From an uncultured Bacteroidota bacterium (lineage in GTDB: Bacteria; Bacteroidota; Ignavibacteria; Kryptoniales; JAKASW01), in NCBI GenBank assembly GCA_963704305.1, contig OY969888.1:3627247-3691246 (forward strand): a stretch of DNA of 64,000 nucleotides, in the 5' to 3' direction. This document shows, in pieces, positions 21,301-30,130 of the stretch. The number at the start of each line of letters is the position of its first letter. The first letter of the stretch is position 1. The position numbers were made by a program, and so were the translations under genes. The notes below the pieces were generated by a model, which worked only from the letters and a program-made list of their open reading frames with translations, had not been told where the DNA came from and searched no databases.

Positions 21301-21470
21301 ACCCCTGTGAAGCGCACGTCCGCTGAAGCAAAAGCTCGTTCAAGGGCGGCACGGCCAATTGCGCCGTTATCTACAGTCGGGAAACTCTTCTCGTAGAAAA
21401 CAACCGTCTTACAATAACCGGAGGAGACAGTGAACAATACAATGAACAGCAGAAAATTAATGTGCTTCAT
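18375..21470 (-). CDS. Large secreted clan GH-A glycoside hydrolase (GH42/GH5-like) with GATase-like trimerisation domains
   Basis: Signal peptide; VGVNY, YDLINEPSF (acid/base Glu), LIEETG (nucleophile Glu), GVLHWDW; GATase-like segments (LLILGGRPF, GATLLISG, LGKGNILYF). Confidence 0.75.
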   Translation of the reverse strand: MKHINFLLFIVLFTVSSGYCKTVVFYEKSFPTVDNGAIGRAALERAFASADVRFTGVADLGKNLSDGDLLVLPYGSAFPADAWEAIQHHLRNGNLLILGGRPFYVPVYRDSSGWRVEPPQNTYSRYLGIMYSYPAMQHGPWTLKWDEDAPFFSQMDSIHAAQTGHHESLNPTRVFVNAGYGGRYRGIGFLVDANGDRLAAPVVAEDFVNLTSSPVRGVFLSFDADSSYWNSEAGTDLMREAATYASYGGDRLWLDMQELTIDPGEHVTGAVDVLRRGEPAKLTLELLSGSDVLETRTVDCESSLREEIGLKAPLSKPGFYQVRATLSVGDTTIDRYTSGVDVRDSSLLMSGKKLDMGRDYFRLDGMPYLPVGVNYFSTDPYTSDFFVGGSLGGNAHVWERDFAEMERQGITIVRTGTWDNQARYLDQVTGAADERLLRAIEAYLDAASRHHMQVIFTFFAFNPQLDIRHGSGPDDERAVSGPNAYLDPMMVNAEIEYVRSIVSRFRDVPFLSYDLINEPSFSNPGRIWKGNSPNGDPRELAAWQQWLEKRYHVIDKLAESWRVPPDQLGTFSRVPLPDTSDLAPTRSGNLKTIRAVDYNLFAQDAFTGWVDTVIQAIRAAGSKQEVTVGQDEGGIVDRVLNQFWANSQVNYTVNHTWWRDDALLWGSVAAKNIQKPNLIEETGAQPVWAMDGSWRWADQRGMGLEERKLALAFANGNAGVLHWDWTRSDDYGIMRRDGSQKEWMQALKGIAAFAHDAQPYAVGASLPDIALVLPQSLQLSIYSEGAIEAQQKAVRALYHYARGVAFAIGEDQLSQMPDAKLVIVPAPWVITQDAWDLLMKRVSEGATLLISGRIDADEHWHSIPERTRNWNVKYTYESLITREAEISWPGGIAHLSYSGNKTSYCERGVLGNGKTFADIPLGKGNILYFSLPLELADQIDEVGRIYEYAMKRAGVSSVYETSCKDPGILISPTKLHDATLYVLTSESADTAKVKILDKASDKAFMVDLPPSRAALLLVEKDGRVLASYRAR

Positions 21471-21653
21471 GAAATTCTTCCGTTAGTTATCTCTTTGGTA
21501 GATGCAACTCTTCGTTTGTGATTGTTCATTACTGATGAATTGATTCCCGCAAACAATTTCGGGTTTCAACCCTTGGATAGAATTTTTCGTCGTCAAATTC
21601 GATGGGCGACGCCCGACGCCTTCGTTCCGTCTCGTCTCCCATCTAATCACGAC

Positions 21654-22076
21654 CTATTTCATCTTTCGTTTAATATCCATCAACAACTTGGTCGTTTCCA
21701 AATCAGATGCTTTCTTAATCTTCACGGTTATCCCTCTTATCTTACCGTAGTTCTTACCATTCATGAATTGGTCCTTGAATTCTTTTTTCAACTTACTGCC
21801 CTTCAATAGTTCTTCGGCCTTGTCACTGAAGTAGAAAGTGGTCCTAAACATTTTGTCATAGACAGAAACCCAGCACATTGTTTTCTTCTTCTCCGTGACT
21901 TTAAAAAGCCAACTCTTGCCATCGTTATAATATCGCCACTCAGTTGTTATTGCAGGATAGTCTTTCTTCATAAATTTGAGAAATGTGTCCCACGCTATCT
22001 TTGTTCTTCCAAGATGGTGAAGCAAGACATCATCACGGGGATACTCGTCTTTGTTATTCAGACATCGCTCTTCCAT
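21654..22076 (-). CDS. DUF3788-like protein
   Basis: EWRYYNDGKSWLFKV..KKKTMCWVSV...FRTTFYF. Confidence 0.7.
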   Translation of the reverse strand: MEERCLNNKDEYPRDDVLLHHLGRTKIAWDTFLKFMKKDYPAITTEWRYYNDGKSWLFKVTEKKKTMCWVSVYDKMFRTTFYFSDKAEELLKGSKLKKEFKDQFMNGKNYGKIRGITVKIKKASDLETTKLLMDIKRKMK

Positions 22077-22100
22077 TGACTCATTCTTCCTTTTGCAGAA

Positions 22101-22688
22101 CTAAATGTGAACTTCAAATTTGCATTCATGTGCGCCCGTTACGACCGACTGAATGAGGTCAACCTTCACAGGTCTTTCAAGAACTTTTTCCCAGAGTTTC
22201 CCGACAAATCCCTGCGAGCAATGACAATAAGTAATTGAGACCTTTTCATCGGCTGGCAAGCCTCTTAGCAAGGCGCAATAACACCGCATTGGTCTCGTAA
22301 ACGATTGCGGCGTGTAATACTGATAGAGGGTATTCCCTATTCTTTCTAACCTTGTTCCGGTAATAGGATGTTTCTGTTCAGCCATCAGAAAGTCATCCAT
22401 GCTTCTGTATTTCTTGCGTCTCGCTTTCGCTCTTTCAATCACTCCGTTGTTTATCATGGAACATTTATAGCCGCAGTTTTCCATTATCTGAAATCTTGTT
22501 TTCTCATCGACTAGCTCGTCTAGCTTTTCCATCGCGCCTTTCACCCACTCGGCCGTTTTGCCTTTGCTCGCGCCTCGAGAAGTTATCTGCTCGCTTCCCT
22601 CCATCACCTTCTCCCGCACCCTCTTCCCGGCGAATCGTTCTACATTTCCTCCGATTTCTTTTATCATGCTGCCAATCATTTTCGCCAT
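22101..22688 (-). CDS. Cys-rich DUF6144/V4R-like protein
   Basis: CGYKC, CYC, YCHCSQGF...PVKVDLIQSV.TG..EC.F; AAGGAGG RBS. Confidence 0.65.
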   Translation of the reverse strand: MAKMIGSMIKEIGGNVERFAGKRVREKVMEGSEQITSRGASKGKTAEWVKGAMEKLDELVDEKTRFQIMENCGYKCSMINNGVIERAKARRKKYRSMDDFLMAEQKHPITGTRLERIGNTLYQYYTPQSFTRPMRCYCALLRGLPADEKVSITYCHCSQGFVGKLWEKVLERPVKVDLIQSVVTGAHECKFEVHI

Positions 22689-22732
22689 GCAACGAGCCTC
22701 CTTCCTTTCCTTCTAATCCTTGGGTCAGATGT

Positions 22733-22843
22733 TCAAACTCCCTTGAAAGTGAATAGCCTTCGGTAGTTGTCGCGCTGTTCAGCCACCCTATATGACCATA
22801 TGCCCATCGAGTAAAATGTAGCCCGCGGCTCGTGCATTGTCAA
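22733..22843 (-). promoter_or_regulatory. Promoter + leaderless micro-ORF module, copy 1
   Basis: TTGACA-17 nt-TACATT-ttactcg-ATG(22807); ORF MGIWSYRVAEQRDNYRRLFTFKGV*. Confidence 0.6.
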
Positions 22844-23017
22844 GCTTCTCCGCTCTGAAGAATACCCGTTTGTTACCCAATTGTCGTGGTATTAACGATC
22901 ACGCAGAATGAATCTCATGAGCAGTGCTTTGCAAGATCTGGACATAGACTCAAACGGGAAGAGTCGTTCTTGAACATGTCACCTGCTCATGGCGCAGCGC
23001 AGGGGATGTCTGCTATT

Positions 23018-23203
23018 CTATTGTTCTCCCTTTTTTGCCCTAAGGGCCGAGATGATCGGATACAATGAAATTCCAAAGAGTGCACCGCAAACGAACAAGC
23101 CGAGGACTTGAACCGTCCTCACATTCTCTGCATACATTACGATAGCCAGCGCAATAGAAAAAACCATCAATGCAACTCTGCTCCAGAATGGTTTTGAATC
23201 CAT
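23018..23203 (-). CDS. Small two-TM membrane protein
   Basis: Strong GAGGAGGAG RBS; two hydrophobic helices. Confidence 0.65.
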   Translation of the reverse strand: MDSKPFWSRVALMVFSIALAIVMYAENVRTVQVLGLFVCGALFGISLYPIISALRAKKGEQ

Positions 23204-23236
23204 CCTATTCTCCTCCTCGATATTTGGTTGGTTAAT

Positions 23237-23316
23237 GTATAACGTCTAGAACATTTTTCTGCTTCGAATTGCTCGCATACATTGCACGTAACGCGAAGAA
23301 AGCTCAGATGTTAGCC
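23237..23316 (-). other. attC-like imperfect palindrome
   Basis: Minus strand GGCTAAC (overlapping the end of the SnoaL gene)...GTTATAC, 80 bp, with nested complementary arms. Confidence 0.35.
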
Positions 23317-23729
23317 ACCTTGACTGCACCGATCTCGAGCAACGGACCGAGCAGATTGGCGGCACCACCATGCTCGGCGATTCGACCTTCAACGACTTTG
23401 TCAATGTTGACGCCCGTGTACGCTACGAGCTTGCCCGTCGGTTTCATGCCGAGCCAAATGCCATTGTGAGTGCCACGCGCCGTGATCGAAGTCGCGACAT
23501 AGTCACCCTCGGCTATCTGATGTTCAACAGTTAGTTTGAGATCCGGATAGGTGTTGCGAACTCCGAGGACGTGCTCCCTGGCTCCCGCAATGCCTATTGC
23601 GTATCGCTTACCTTCGAAGACTTCAGTGTAATCCGCCGATATGTATTTCTCTATTTCACTAACATTACCAGTGTTGATGACCTCTTCGATGTATTTCCGG
23701 ACAAGCAACTTGTTATCGGTCGTAGACGT
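23304..23729 (-). CDS. SnoaL-like ester cyclase (NTF2 fold); apparent ACG start codon
   Basis: YPDLKLTVEHQIAEGDYV...GTH.G.WLG..PTGK; GGAGG + 6 nt + ACG-TCT-ACG-ACC-GAT-AAC-AAG gives the family-typical MSTTDNKLLVR N-terminus. Confidence 0.8.
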   Translation of the reverse strand, partial: TSTTDNKLLVRKYIEEVINTGNVSEIEKYISADYTEVFEGKRYAIGIAGAREHVLGVRNTYPDLKLTVEHQIAEGDYVATSITARGTHNGIWLGMKPTGKLVAYTGVNIDKVVEGRIAEHGGAANLLGPLLEIGAVKVANI

Positions 23730-23793
23730 GGCTCGCCTCCCTGTTGAGTATCAATTTGCGGAGTTTCGTTTTGCGTCCCGAACAATTCAATAT

Positions 23794-25548
23794 CTAATTA
23801 ATGTATTTGCTTCTCCACCAATTGCTCCACTCTTTCGGTGTCCTTAATACAAACCCGCTCATTCTCTCCAACTCAGAGCGTGCCCTATCCTGTTCTTGTG
23901 TATTCCCCACCCACATAAGTCCGACTAAGAGATACTCTTTCAATTCCCCGTCATATCGCCTCGCGACCGTTTTCAACCTTTCACCGAGAGAAATGTTCCG
24001 AATCTCATCGCGATCCTCTTCCGATATTGAGGGAAGATTTTCGATGACGGCTTTCAACATACTAAGATGAGTTGTCGAATCTCTAAGTGGCATTGCCATC
24101 CAATCTTCTAACGAGTCTATGTTCTGAACGGCGTCGAAGCGCTCTATGAATTTATCAGACAACTCGGTGAATCTCTTTTTCGCAGTCGCAGTTGAATCGT
24201 GCCCATCAGTTAATAGAGAATCCAATAATGGCCGAATGTGCGAATCGGTATTCAGATAGGACCGCTTCAGCTGATAATACAGCCTGGAGGTATAAATGCT
24301 GTAATATATCTGCTCCTGTTCGTTGCTTTTTTCAATGTATTTCTTCCTCAGCTCAGAAAGAGGCAGTAGCGTGTTTTGGCTTCTGATGAATTCCAATGGG
24401 AATGGGAGCGTAGTCTCCGGTTTACACAACACGATATAATCAGGAGAGTCCGACTTTTCCTCATATCTTATTATCTTGATTTCTTCTCTCAGTGGAGTAA
24501 TCCCGGTAACGAAGGTTGATACACTGTCGCGAGAAAAGTATTGATCCAGATAATGAACAAGATAATATCCTTCCTTCTGCTCTTTGGGAAGATCCTCCTC
24601 TGCTCGTACGTCTTCTTTTGAATTGGAGGAATTCTCCTCCACTGAGACATCCGCATCTATGAACACGTCTCCTATGTCATGCTTCCCGCGACCAAGATGA
24701 GCATCGCCGTAAAAGATCAAAGCCTTATACTGGGGATTGGCATCAAGAAGATGTCTAATACTTTCTGAAGTGAGTCCATCTCTTTGCTGAGCGTCATATT
24801 TTACTCTTCCTTTTCTAAATTCTCTGAGCCGCTGCCTGGACAATGCCGTATCTCTTGTCAACTTATAATCACGCCAATATTGTGGAATGATCTCCGGACC
24901 TACCAGGCGAAAATCATAAGGTCGTGAGGAGTCTTGCGCGTTCAACTTTTCAACTCTCTCTTCAACATGCCTGAGGTCATTTAGATACTCAAGCCAGTCG
25001 ACCGAATACAATCCTGCGAAGTAGACTCTTTGATCATACCGTGTTAACATGTTTACCGGATCTCCGGTTTGAAAATACTCATCCATCGCGGCCACTCCCC
25101 CGCTATCCTGCTCCACGAAGAGAAAGAGCTTCTTAGGTAAGCTAAGTTGCGAGTGCAAAGTTGCCCAATCAATTTCTTTGTCCTTGATCTTTGCTGATTG
25201 ATCTCTCCGTTCATTTTCCAATTCACTAACCCAGCTGTCAAGCACACCTGTTACCAGTCTCATGTAATACCCCGTACCGTGCCTTCTGTCTCCCATCATA
25301 ACGATCCTCTTGTCGGTGAAGTTATTTAGGACAAGAGCGTTCAGCGAATCGAATCGAAAGATATTCGTAATGCGCAGTTGAGGCTCGGGATTTCGTGCAC
25401 ATCCAGCGATAAGGATCAACAAGGCAGAGAAGCAAAACGCTGCTTCTAACATCTTCCTCGTTAATGAGGCACTATCAGGTTTACTGCGGACCTTTCTTCT
25501 TTGCATTATCCCAGCCCTTTGACTGAAAAACGTTTGCCTGGAAGCCAT
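23794..25548 (-). CDS. Lipoprotein with ChaN/erythromycin-esterase-like motifs (true start probably downstream of 25548)
   Basis: Lipobox LIAGC; VMMGDRRHG, LFVEQ, QRDGLT, ALIFYGDAHL in the order seen in the EreA/ChaN superfamily. Confidence 0.5.
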   Translation of the reverse strand: MASRQTFFSQRAGIMQRRKVRSKPDSASLTRKMLEAAFCFSALLILIAGCARNPEPQLRITNIFRFDSLNALVLNNFTDKRIVMMGDRRHGTGYYMRLVTGVLDSWVSELENERRDQSAKIKDKEIDWATLHSQLSLPKKLFLFVEQDSGGVAAMDEYFQTGDPVNMLTRYDQRVYFAGLYSVDWLEYLNDLRHVEERVEKLNAQDSSRPYDFRLVGPEIIPQYWRDYKLTRDTALSRQRLREFRKGRVKYDAQQRDGLTSESIRHLLDANPQYKALIFYGDAHLGRGKHDIGDVFIDADVSVEENSSNSKEDVRAEEDLPKEQKEGYYLVHYLDQYFSRDSVSTFVTGITPLREEIKIIRYEEKSDSPDYIVLCKPETTLPFPLEFIRSQNTLLPLSELRKKYIEKSNEQEQIYYSIYTSRLYYQLKRSYLNTDSHIRPLLDSLLTDGHDSTATAKKRFTELSDKFIERFDAVQNIDSLEDWMAMPLRDSTTHLSMLKAVIENLPSISEEDRDEIRNISLGERLKTVARRYDGELKEYLLVGLMWVGNTQEQDRARSELERMSGFVLRTPKEWSNWWRSKYIN

Positions 25549-25568
25549 CGTGGAAATCAGCTCGTGTC

Positions 25569-25670
25569 TTAGGCTATATCAACACGGTTGTTAATCTCCC
25601 CCTCCTCAATACCCCCGCACTGTCGCACGGTCATCGTTGAAAATGTAAGAGGCGGTTCATGAACTATCAA
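25569..25670 (-). promoter_or_regulatory. Promoter + leaderless micro-ORF module, copy 2
   Basis: TTGATA-17 nt-TACATT-ttcaacg-ATG(25634); ORF MTVRQCGGIEEGEINNRVDIA*. Confidence 0.6.
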
Positions 25671-25729
25671 GTATGGCTGCTACGTTGGTCGATGGCCGCT
25701 TCGAAGGGAGCCGCGTTCGCCACCGACGG

Positions 25730-26543
25730 TCAGCGGGCCGTGCTTTCAAGGTGAGAATCCGTCCGTGTTGCCCCCTTTTTCAACTTCCATATCATGAAGG
25801 GACTCGATTGCTCTTGGAATGGATCACAATTGTAGTCGCCGTACAGAGTGATTACCTCGAATCCGACTTCGCGAACAAGGGACTCAAACTCATCTCTGTG
25901 GAACAGATAAAAGCAGATGTCGAGAGTACGATGATCAATCACTTTGCCGCCGGTAGCGTAGCGATCATATGTCTGTTCACCTTGAGATAACTGAGAACGT
26001 CGGATCAAATGAAAGTCTCGAATTGACGACGAGCTTCCCGCCATCTGACATCGGAAACTCGCCGACCAAATGCATCGCACCATCCATTGAGGCAATTCGA
26101 ACGGTCGGGTTCTGGAGCGTGCAAATGAAAATACCATTATCCGTCAGGTGATCCCGGATTCTTTCAAGGGCTGGTTTTCGATTGTGCGCGTCGACGAGTT
26201 CTGAAAAAGAATGGAATGGAATAAAGATAAGCTCGAAACGTTCTTGAAGTTTGAGATCCGCAATATCCTGGCACATGATCGGACAAGATAGATTGTTCTT
26301 TTCCAACTTCTTCCGGAAACGGGCGAGCATCTCAGGGGCATAGTCGACACAGGCAAGATTTACGCCGGCTTTCAACAAAGGTATGGATACTCGTCCGGTG
26401 CCGCAGGTGAGTTCGAGAACTTTTCCATGAATTGCCTTTGCTTCAGCGAGCCAGAACGGGATGTCGAAGTCCGTCCGGACATAGTCGTCATATATGTCCG
26501 CCACGGCGTCGAAGTGGATTGGTTGAGGAGTGGGAGAGATCAT
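25730..26543 (-). pseudogene. Class I SAM methyltransferase split by a +1 frameshift
   Basis: ORF 25977-26543 (VLELTCGTGRV, VDYAPEML) continues in ORF 25730-26137 (GFEV..LYGDY); removing one base at 25996-25997 joins FDPT to SQLSQGEQ. Confidence 0.8.
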
Positions 26544-26773
26544 GGCCTTTTTGTCTCCGTTGAGAAATCCTCCCTAGTATTTGTCGTACTGAAGCATCAA
26601 TATCTATATTGACAAAGTGTTTCTTGGTGCTAAGTCTTTTTCAATCGATAACTACTACAAATATATTTTTGCCATTGTATTAAGCTGAATTTGTTTTTTG
26701 AAGCCGAAGCATATCATTGAGCTAAATTCTTAATCCAAACGAATACCATGCTCAGTTATATAGTCCAATGATG

Positions 26774-28873
26774 CTAATGAATAACCTGTATGTAGCCATC
26801 TAAATTCTTTTGACTCCCACATCCTGCAATTGTAAGAGTAAAATAATAAACACCATCAACTACTTGTTGCCCGGAAACTGCATTGCGTCTGCCGAGAAAA
26901 GTTCTATCCCACCAATTGTAATTTACCGTTTCGGTGGCTACGCCGTTCCAGTTAATGCTTGGTATTGTAGGATCATTGTTATTTACTTTAGCTCTGAACG
27001 GACAGCAAGTTGAAGAATTGGCCGACAGATGGTAGACTCTGTCACCCCATCTGTTAAAAATCTGCAAGTTAAAATATTGAGCATTATATGCGCAAAAAGG
27101 ATAATTGTGATCGTTTATAAACCATGTATCGTTTATCCCATCGCCGTTTGGTGTAAACACATTTGGTATGGGATCGTATGTAATTCCCGGAAAATGAGAG
27201 CAACAGTCCTCACAATCGGTAATGCAAGTATTCGGGTCAACCAATCCTGTGAATCCAGGGCCCGCAGTAAATCCCGGGTTGAGTATTATTTGATGGCCTG
27301 CCTTAAAAGTTACATTTGCCGAACCTGTGTTTACAGGCCCATCCGTTTGATTGGGATCGACGCTCTGCCCTGCAAAAATATCGTTTCCTGCTTTTGTAAA
27401 TGAAGGTAACGGATTATTGTTTGGTGATCTGTTTTCGTAATAAACATTTGGCGGGCAACTTGCACAACCGACCCTGATAGTGAAATTAGCACTATCTGAT
27501 AACGATCCACAAGCGTTATTATCTTTGAATCTTACGGTAAACGTATGATCACCAATCGCACTTGCAGGCGGCGTCCAACAAAATTGACCAACCTGTTGGC
27601 CATTGCCTTGAGGTAAGAATGTAGAGCCTGCAGGCAAATTAGTGCAAGCAAGAAACGTAACGTTTTCGTTTGGTGTGTCAAAAGTAGGAATATAAAAGCA
27701 AGTGCTTACGCCGGCCTGTGCGTAGAACAAATAATCTCCCGTGTTATTAATTCCATTTACATAAGGAGCGACATTTTGAGGTGTATGTATAATCGCATTG
27801 ATGCTTCTTGTAATCTGGCAGCCATCAGCATTTGTAACCGTTACCGAATAAGGATTCCCTGAAGCTGATGCGGTAGTCGTAATCGTATTTAATCCTACTC
27901 CATTTTGTCCGGTACTCCAATTGTAGTTGTAAGTTGCGCTACCTTGAATTGACAATGTAAATGATTGACCTGCGCACACAGGCTGAGGGCTTGCTGTAAT
28001 TTGACCAATACTAAAATCTGAATTCAAACTGCCAGCCTTCAGTATGATTCCGGAATCATATTTATCGTCGTTAATATTTGAAATCACAATTTTGCAATGA
28101 TAAGTCGCATTGGGATTGCATGAAATTAATAATGCTTTTGCCTGAATTACTGTAGTAAATCCATTATAAGGAATATTATGATTGTTAAGACTGGGAGCTG
28201 TTGATGAACAACTTCCGCTTTGTTGGCTTATACAATTGCCATTATTATTTAGCCAGCAATTATTTCTATAATAAGCACTATTTGTGCAGGCATTTATAGT
28301 ATTTACGGAAACGGGAGTAGGAGTATTAGTATTAGGTACGGTTGCAATGTTGATAGCTCCATTTGAAAAAGGACCGCTAATAATTCCTGGTCCGCTAATA
28401 AAAAAACCAAAGCCATCATGGAATGCTGATTGCGCATAGGCATTGTATTCATCACTCAAGAAAACATAATCAAATGAAGGATGAGCACCTGTAGTAGTAA
28501 AGTCAAACTCGAAAATTGCCGGACTAAATTGAGTACCGCCTCCCAATAATTGTTGCAAGTCAATATCCGGCGTGGCGTTGCCGGACACAGCTAAATTATC
28601 TCCCACGTTAGTAGTATTCCCGGTATGTGCAAAGGCGCTGGAGCCGGTCGTAATAATTATACCACTAGTAAAGCCGATAGTTCCATTTACATCAGTAATT
28701 AATGCCAGCTGTGTTGGATTACCGTTGAATGTTGCACCGCTTATCGTAATTCCATTCGAGCCTTTCAACGTATTAGCCGCCGTGGCAGCATCAGTATAAG
28801 TTACGCTGAACTCCTGTGCGACAATTCGCGAAGTTGTGATCAAAACGATACTTAACAGAATCAATTTTCTCAT
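26774..28873 (-). CDS. T9SS type-B CTD (gliding motility-associated C-terminal domain) surface protein with choice-of-anchor L-like N-terminus
   Basis: Signal peptide; [10 protein letters not shown]...[14 protein letters not shown]...NIA.VP...YNGFT...YDSG; C-terminal [16 protein letters not shown]...IFNRWG...WNG...GVYYF. Confidence 0.85.
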   Translation of the reverse strand: MRKLILLSIVLITTSRIVAQEFSVTYTDAATAANTLKGSNGITISGATFNGNPTQLALITDVNGTIGFTSGIIITTGSSAFAHTGNTTNVGDNLAVSGNATPDIDLQQLLGGGTQFSPAIFEFDFTTTGAHPSFDYVFLSDEYNAYAQSAFHDGFGFFISGPGIISGPFSNGAINIATVPNTNTPTPVSVNTINACTNSAYYRNNCWLNNNGNCISQQSGSCSSTAPSLNNHNIPYNGFTTVIQAKALLISCNPNATYHCKIVISNINDDKYDSGIILKAGSLNSDFSIGQITASPQPVCAGQSFTLSIQGSATYNYNWSTGQNGVGLNTITTTASASGNPYSVTVTNADGCQITRSINAIIHTPQNVAPYVNGINNTGDYLFYAQAGVSTCFYIPTFDTPNENVTFLACTNLPAGSTFLPQGNGQQVGQFCWTPPASAIGDHTFTVRFKDNNACGSLSDSANFTIRVGCASCPPNVYYENRSPNNNPLPSFTKAGNDIFAGQSVDPNQTDGPVNTGSANVTFKAGHQIILNPGFTAGPGFTGLVDPNTCITDCEDCCSHFPGITYDPIPNVFTPNGDGINDTWFINDHNYPFCAYNAQYFNLQIFNRWGDRVYHLSANSSTCCPFRAKVNNNDPTIPSINWNGVATETVNYNWWDRTFLGRRNAVSGQQVVDGVYYFTLTIAGCGSQKNLDGYIQVIH

Positions 28874-28897
28874 AAAAGTTTTCTTTTAGTAGATCGA

Positions 28898-30130
28898 TTA
28901 GTTATTTCCTTTTTTCAATGCAGTTAATTCATTTTGTATTGCTTCAATACGTTTGTTTTGCTGGATGATATAAAGGGTCAACTCTTCTATTTTTTGCATC
29001 TGCAGTTTTACTAGTTGACCGAGATCCCCGCCATTGCTCTCAACTTCATTCGTGCTTGGCATTCCCGGTAAGTGTCCGTTTTGTTCTATGTATTGTTCAA
29101 CTTCTTCTAATGACTTTAGTTCATAACTTCTTTCAAAAACGAAATCGCTCCAACCTGTTTCAACCACAATTCTTTTTGTTCTGATATCTCCATTTACAGA
29201 TAGTCTGTATGACGAATTATTTGAATGCGGACCGATTTCCACATTGCCGCCTTCCGGTTGAAGGTCCAATGCGTAAGGTGAGTTTCCTATGGTATTTGCA
29301 TTGCCCTGTGAATACACCTGTATAACTCCTGCATTGGTTGCTGGCTGGTTATATATGCAGGTATATACGTCACCCCGATTTATTGAAAAGCCACTGGTTT
29401 TATCTGTGCCACCAAGTATGGATAATTTTGAAGGAGGAGAAACAAGACCAATTCCTGTATTCCCATTTTTTAAAACAGTTAATGCATTTGATGGGGATTG
29501 ATAATTTACCCCATTGCCAATTACAAATAATGGATCTGTTGCTACCCATGTTGTTGGACTGTAATTTCCAGGATTCGTATTGGACCTTCCTATCACGAAT
29601 GAACAATAGGCTTGAGCCGTTGTTCCTGTTCCAAAAGCTGAAGCATTATCTCCCGGCGCAAAATTACCCTGCCCGGCTCCAAATGAAGCAACACCACTGG
29701 CAATATTTATTGCTCCAACCGCAAATGAATAGTTGCCACGAGCTCCGGTATTATACCCAAATGCAGTAGACCCGATTCCAATATATTGATCATCCCAGGC
29801 ATTTGTACCCAGCATACTTGATGTAATTGCACCCGCCCTAAAAGCACTTTTGGAAGGAATCCACATCATTCTTGTTCCTAAGCCACTCACTGGAGTAGTT
29901 CCTGTATTGCCATTTAATAGAAAGCTGCCGGTGGATAGAATCCTCATTCTCTCTGTACCACCAGTTCTTACTATCCAGTCGGAAGAATTGATCGTGCCTA
30001 TCCACCCATTTGGTGACGATGGAGGTCCGGTCAATGTATTGCCTGCTAAGTTCCATTGCGCCATGGACACATTCGCAGCAAATAAGAAACTTGTTGCTGT
30101 TACAAGCAAGATTTTAATTGATGTTCTCAT
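28898..30130 (-). CDS. Secreted fibre-like protein (YadA-head-like repeats, Bacteroidetes tail-fibre/S74-chaperone-like C-terminus)
   Basis: Signal peptide; WNLAGN..IGT..ERMRI; A.G..SFA.G repeats; WSDFVF..Y.L..L.EVE.YI..NGHLP..PS...KIEELTLY plus coiled coil. Confidence 0.75.
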   Translation of the reverse strand: MRTSIKILLVTATSFLFAANVSMAQWNLAGNTLTGPPSSPNGWIGTINSSDWIVRTGGTERMRILSTGSFLLNGNTGTTPVSGLGTRMMWIPSKSAFRAGAITSSMLGTNAWDDQYIGIGSTAFGYNTGARGNYSFAVGAINIASGVASFGAGQGNFAPGDNASAFGTGTTAQAYCSFVIGRSNTNPGNYSPTTWVATDPLFVIGNGVNYQSPSNALTVLKNGNTGIGLVSPPSKLSILGGTDKTSGFSINRGDVYTCIYNQPATNAGVIQVYSQGNANTIGNSPYALDLQPEGGNVEIGPHSNNSSYRLSVNGDIRTKRIVVETGWSDFVFERSYELKSLEEVEQYIEQNGHLPGMPSTNEVESNGGDLGQLVKLQMQKIEELTLYIIQQNKRIEAIQNELTALKKGNN

